NCBI RefSeq assembly: GCF_963921235.1
Contig: NC_086108.1
Coordinates: 50,098,001 to 50,162,000 of the forward strand
Direction of reading: 5' to 3'
DNA from: Mobula hypostoma
Lineage: Eukaryota
DNA length: 64,000 nucleotides
Each line of letters starts with the position of its first letter. Within the stretch, counting starts at the first letter, position 1. The position numbers were made by a program, and so were the translations under genes. Below the pieces are notes generated by a model that was not told where the DNA came from, did not search any database, and saw nothing but the letters and a program-made list of their open reading frames with translations. Of this stretch, positions 63,215 through 64,000 are shown piece after piece.

Positions 63215-64000
63215 GAGGCACAATGGCATGACCGGTGAATCCAGGTTACACAACTCAAGGCATGTTGGGTTTGCATTACAACCCACGGTCCCCTGCAGGT
63301 GGCAGCCCTCTCTTCTCTGTGTTTTCTTGCTGTAGAGAGGGCGTAAGCACTCCACCAGTGCTGCGTGTGCACAAAGCTGCTACTGAGGAAAAAACAAAAA
63401 AAAGAACATTACATGCTTCCGGTCACTTCCAGAGGAAGATCCATCAGCCACCTCACTCAGTTATCTCCTAACCACTTGATCCTACTGAACGATGTCCTAT
63501 GTTCTTCTCTATTTTATACATCTCTAATATGGTTGGGCAATGGAAGGAGATGAAATGGGAAGTAAATCCCAAGTGGGCTGAGGTAGTGTTAAATAAAAGG
63601 AGAATCAGCTAGTGAGGATGTGGTTAAGTTTTGTAAATCCTCTATCATCTTGGTTTTTGAGAGTGATCATTTTCTGCTCTGTTAAGGAACAGGTGTTCTT
63701 GTAATCTCTAAATGTAGTGACACTGGCCCATTTGTCAGCTTTCCTCAAACCTATTACATAAGGATGTGGAGGCATTCTGTTAGTAAATTTATATGAAGGC
63801 AACTTTTCAGACAGGCAAGGGTTTTGTGTGTTTGAAAGCAGCTTCACATCTCTGCACCTTTAGCTAATAGATTTTTTAAAAAGGAAAAACTAGTTGTTAA
63901 TGTCAATAGCTGCAGTAGTAATTACAATATTAAATACTTGTGATACTGTTCTGTAGCAATCCTAGCTAAAATGTTGATAAGACGTGCAGCAGAGAGCTCT
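63215..64000 (+). other. SMG7: SMG7 3' UTR (probably continues beyond the window)
   Basis: Lies downstream of the stop, with no recognisable TE. One AATAAA at 63592-63597 of unknown use. Confidence 0.7.

Noticed and set aside
63212..63240. Stop-codon readthrough or selenocysteine at the SMG7 TGA
   Set aside because: The context TGA-GAG is not a readthrough motif, another in-frame TGA follows after 7 codons, and no SECIS-type motif was recognised.
63097..63471. Antisense and alternative-frame ORFs over the last exon and UTR
   Set aside because: No recognisable homology. They are explained by overlap with the SMG7 exon and UTR.

Overview
Eukaryotic, repeat-rich vertebrate genomic DNA. The repeat families (abundant CR1, Penelope-like, V-SINE, Rex1, Tc1) suggest a cartilaginous fish, probably a ray; this is inference. 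The window holds the 3' half of the nonsense-mediated decay gene SMG7 on the + strand. Ten GT-AG exons (6150-63214) splice into one open frame of 1701 nt (566 aa + TGA) ending SIWSSSMMHPGPSALEQLLMQQKQKQQRGLGTLNPPH*, followed by the start of the 3' UTR. The introns are filled with decayed transposons: CR1 LINEs, a full-length L1, a Rex1/Babar LINE, Tc1 and pogo/Tigger DNA transposons, SINEs and many Penelope-like elements (PLEs). The most striking signal is a family of PLE insertions that carry minimal hammerhead ribozymes and integrate as loop-less fold-back palindromes with 10-15 bp target-site duplications. They range from about 2 kb down to 140-250 bp non-coding hairpin elements. Three intact-looking ribozymes lie in sense within SMG7 introns. 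All homology calls come from reading the sequence and from recall of known families; no database search was run.
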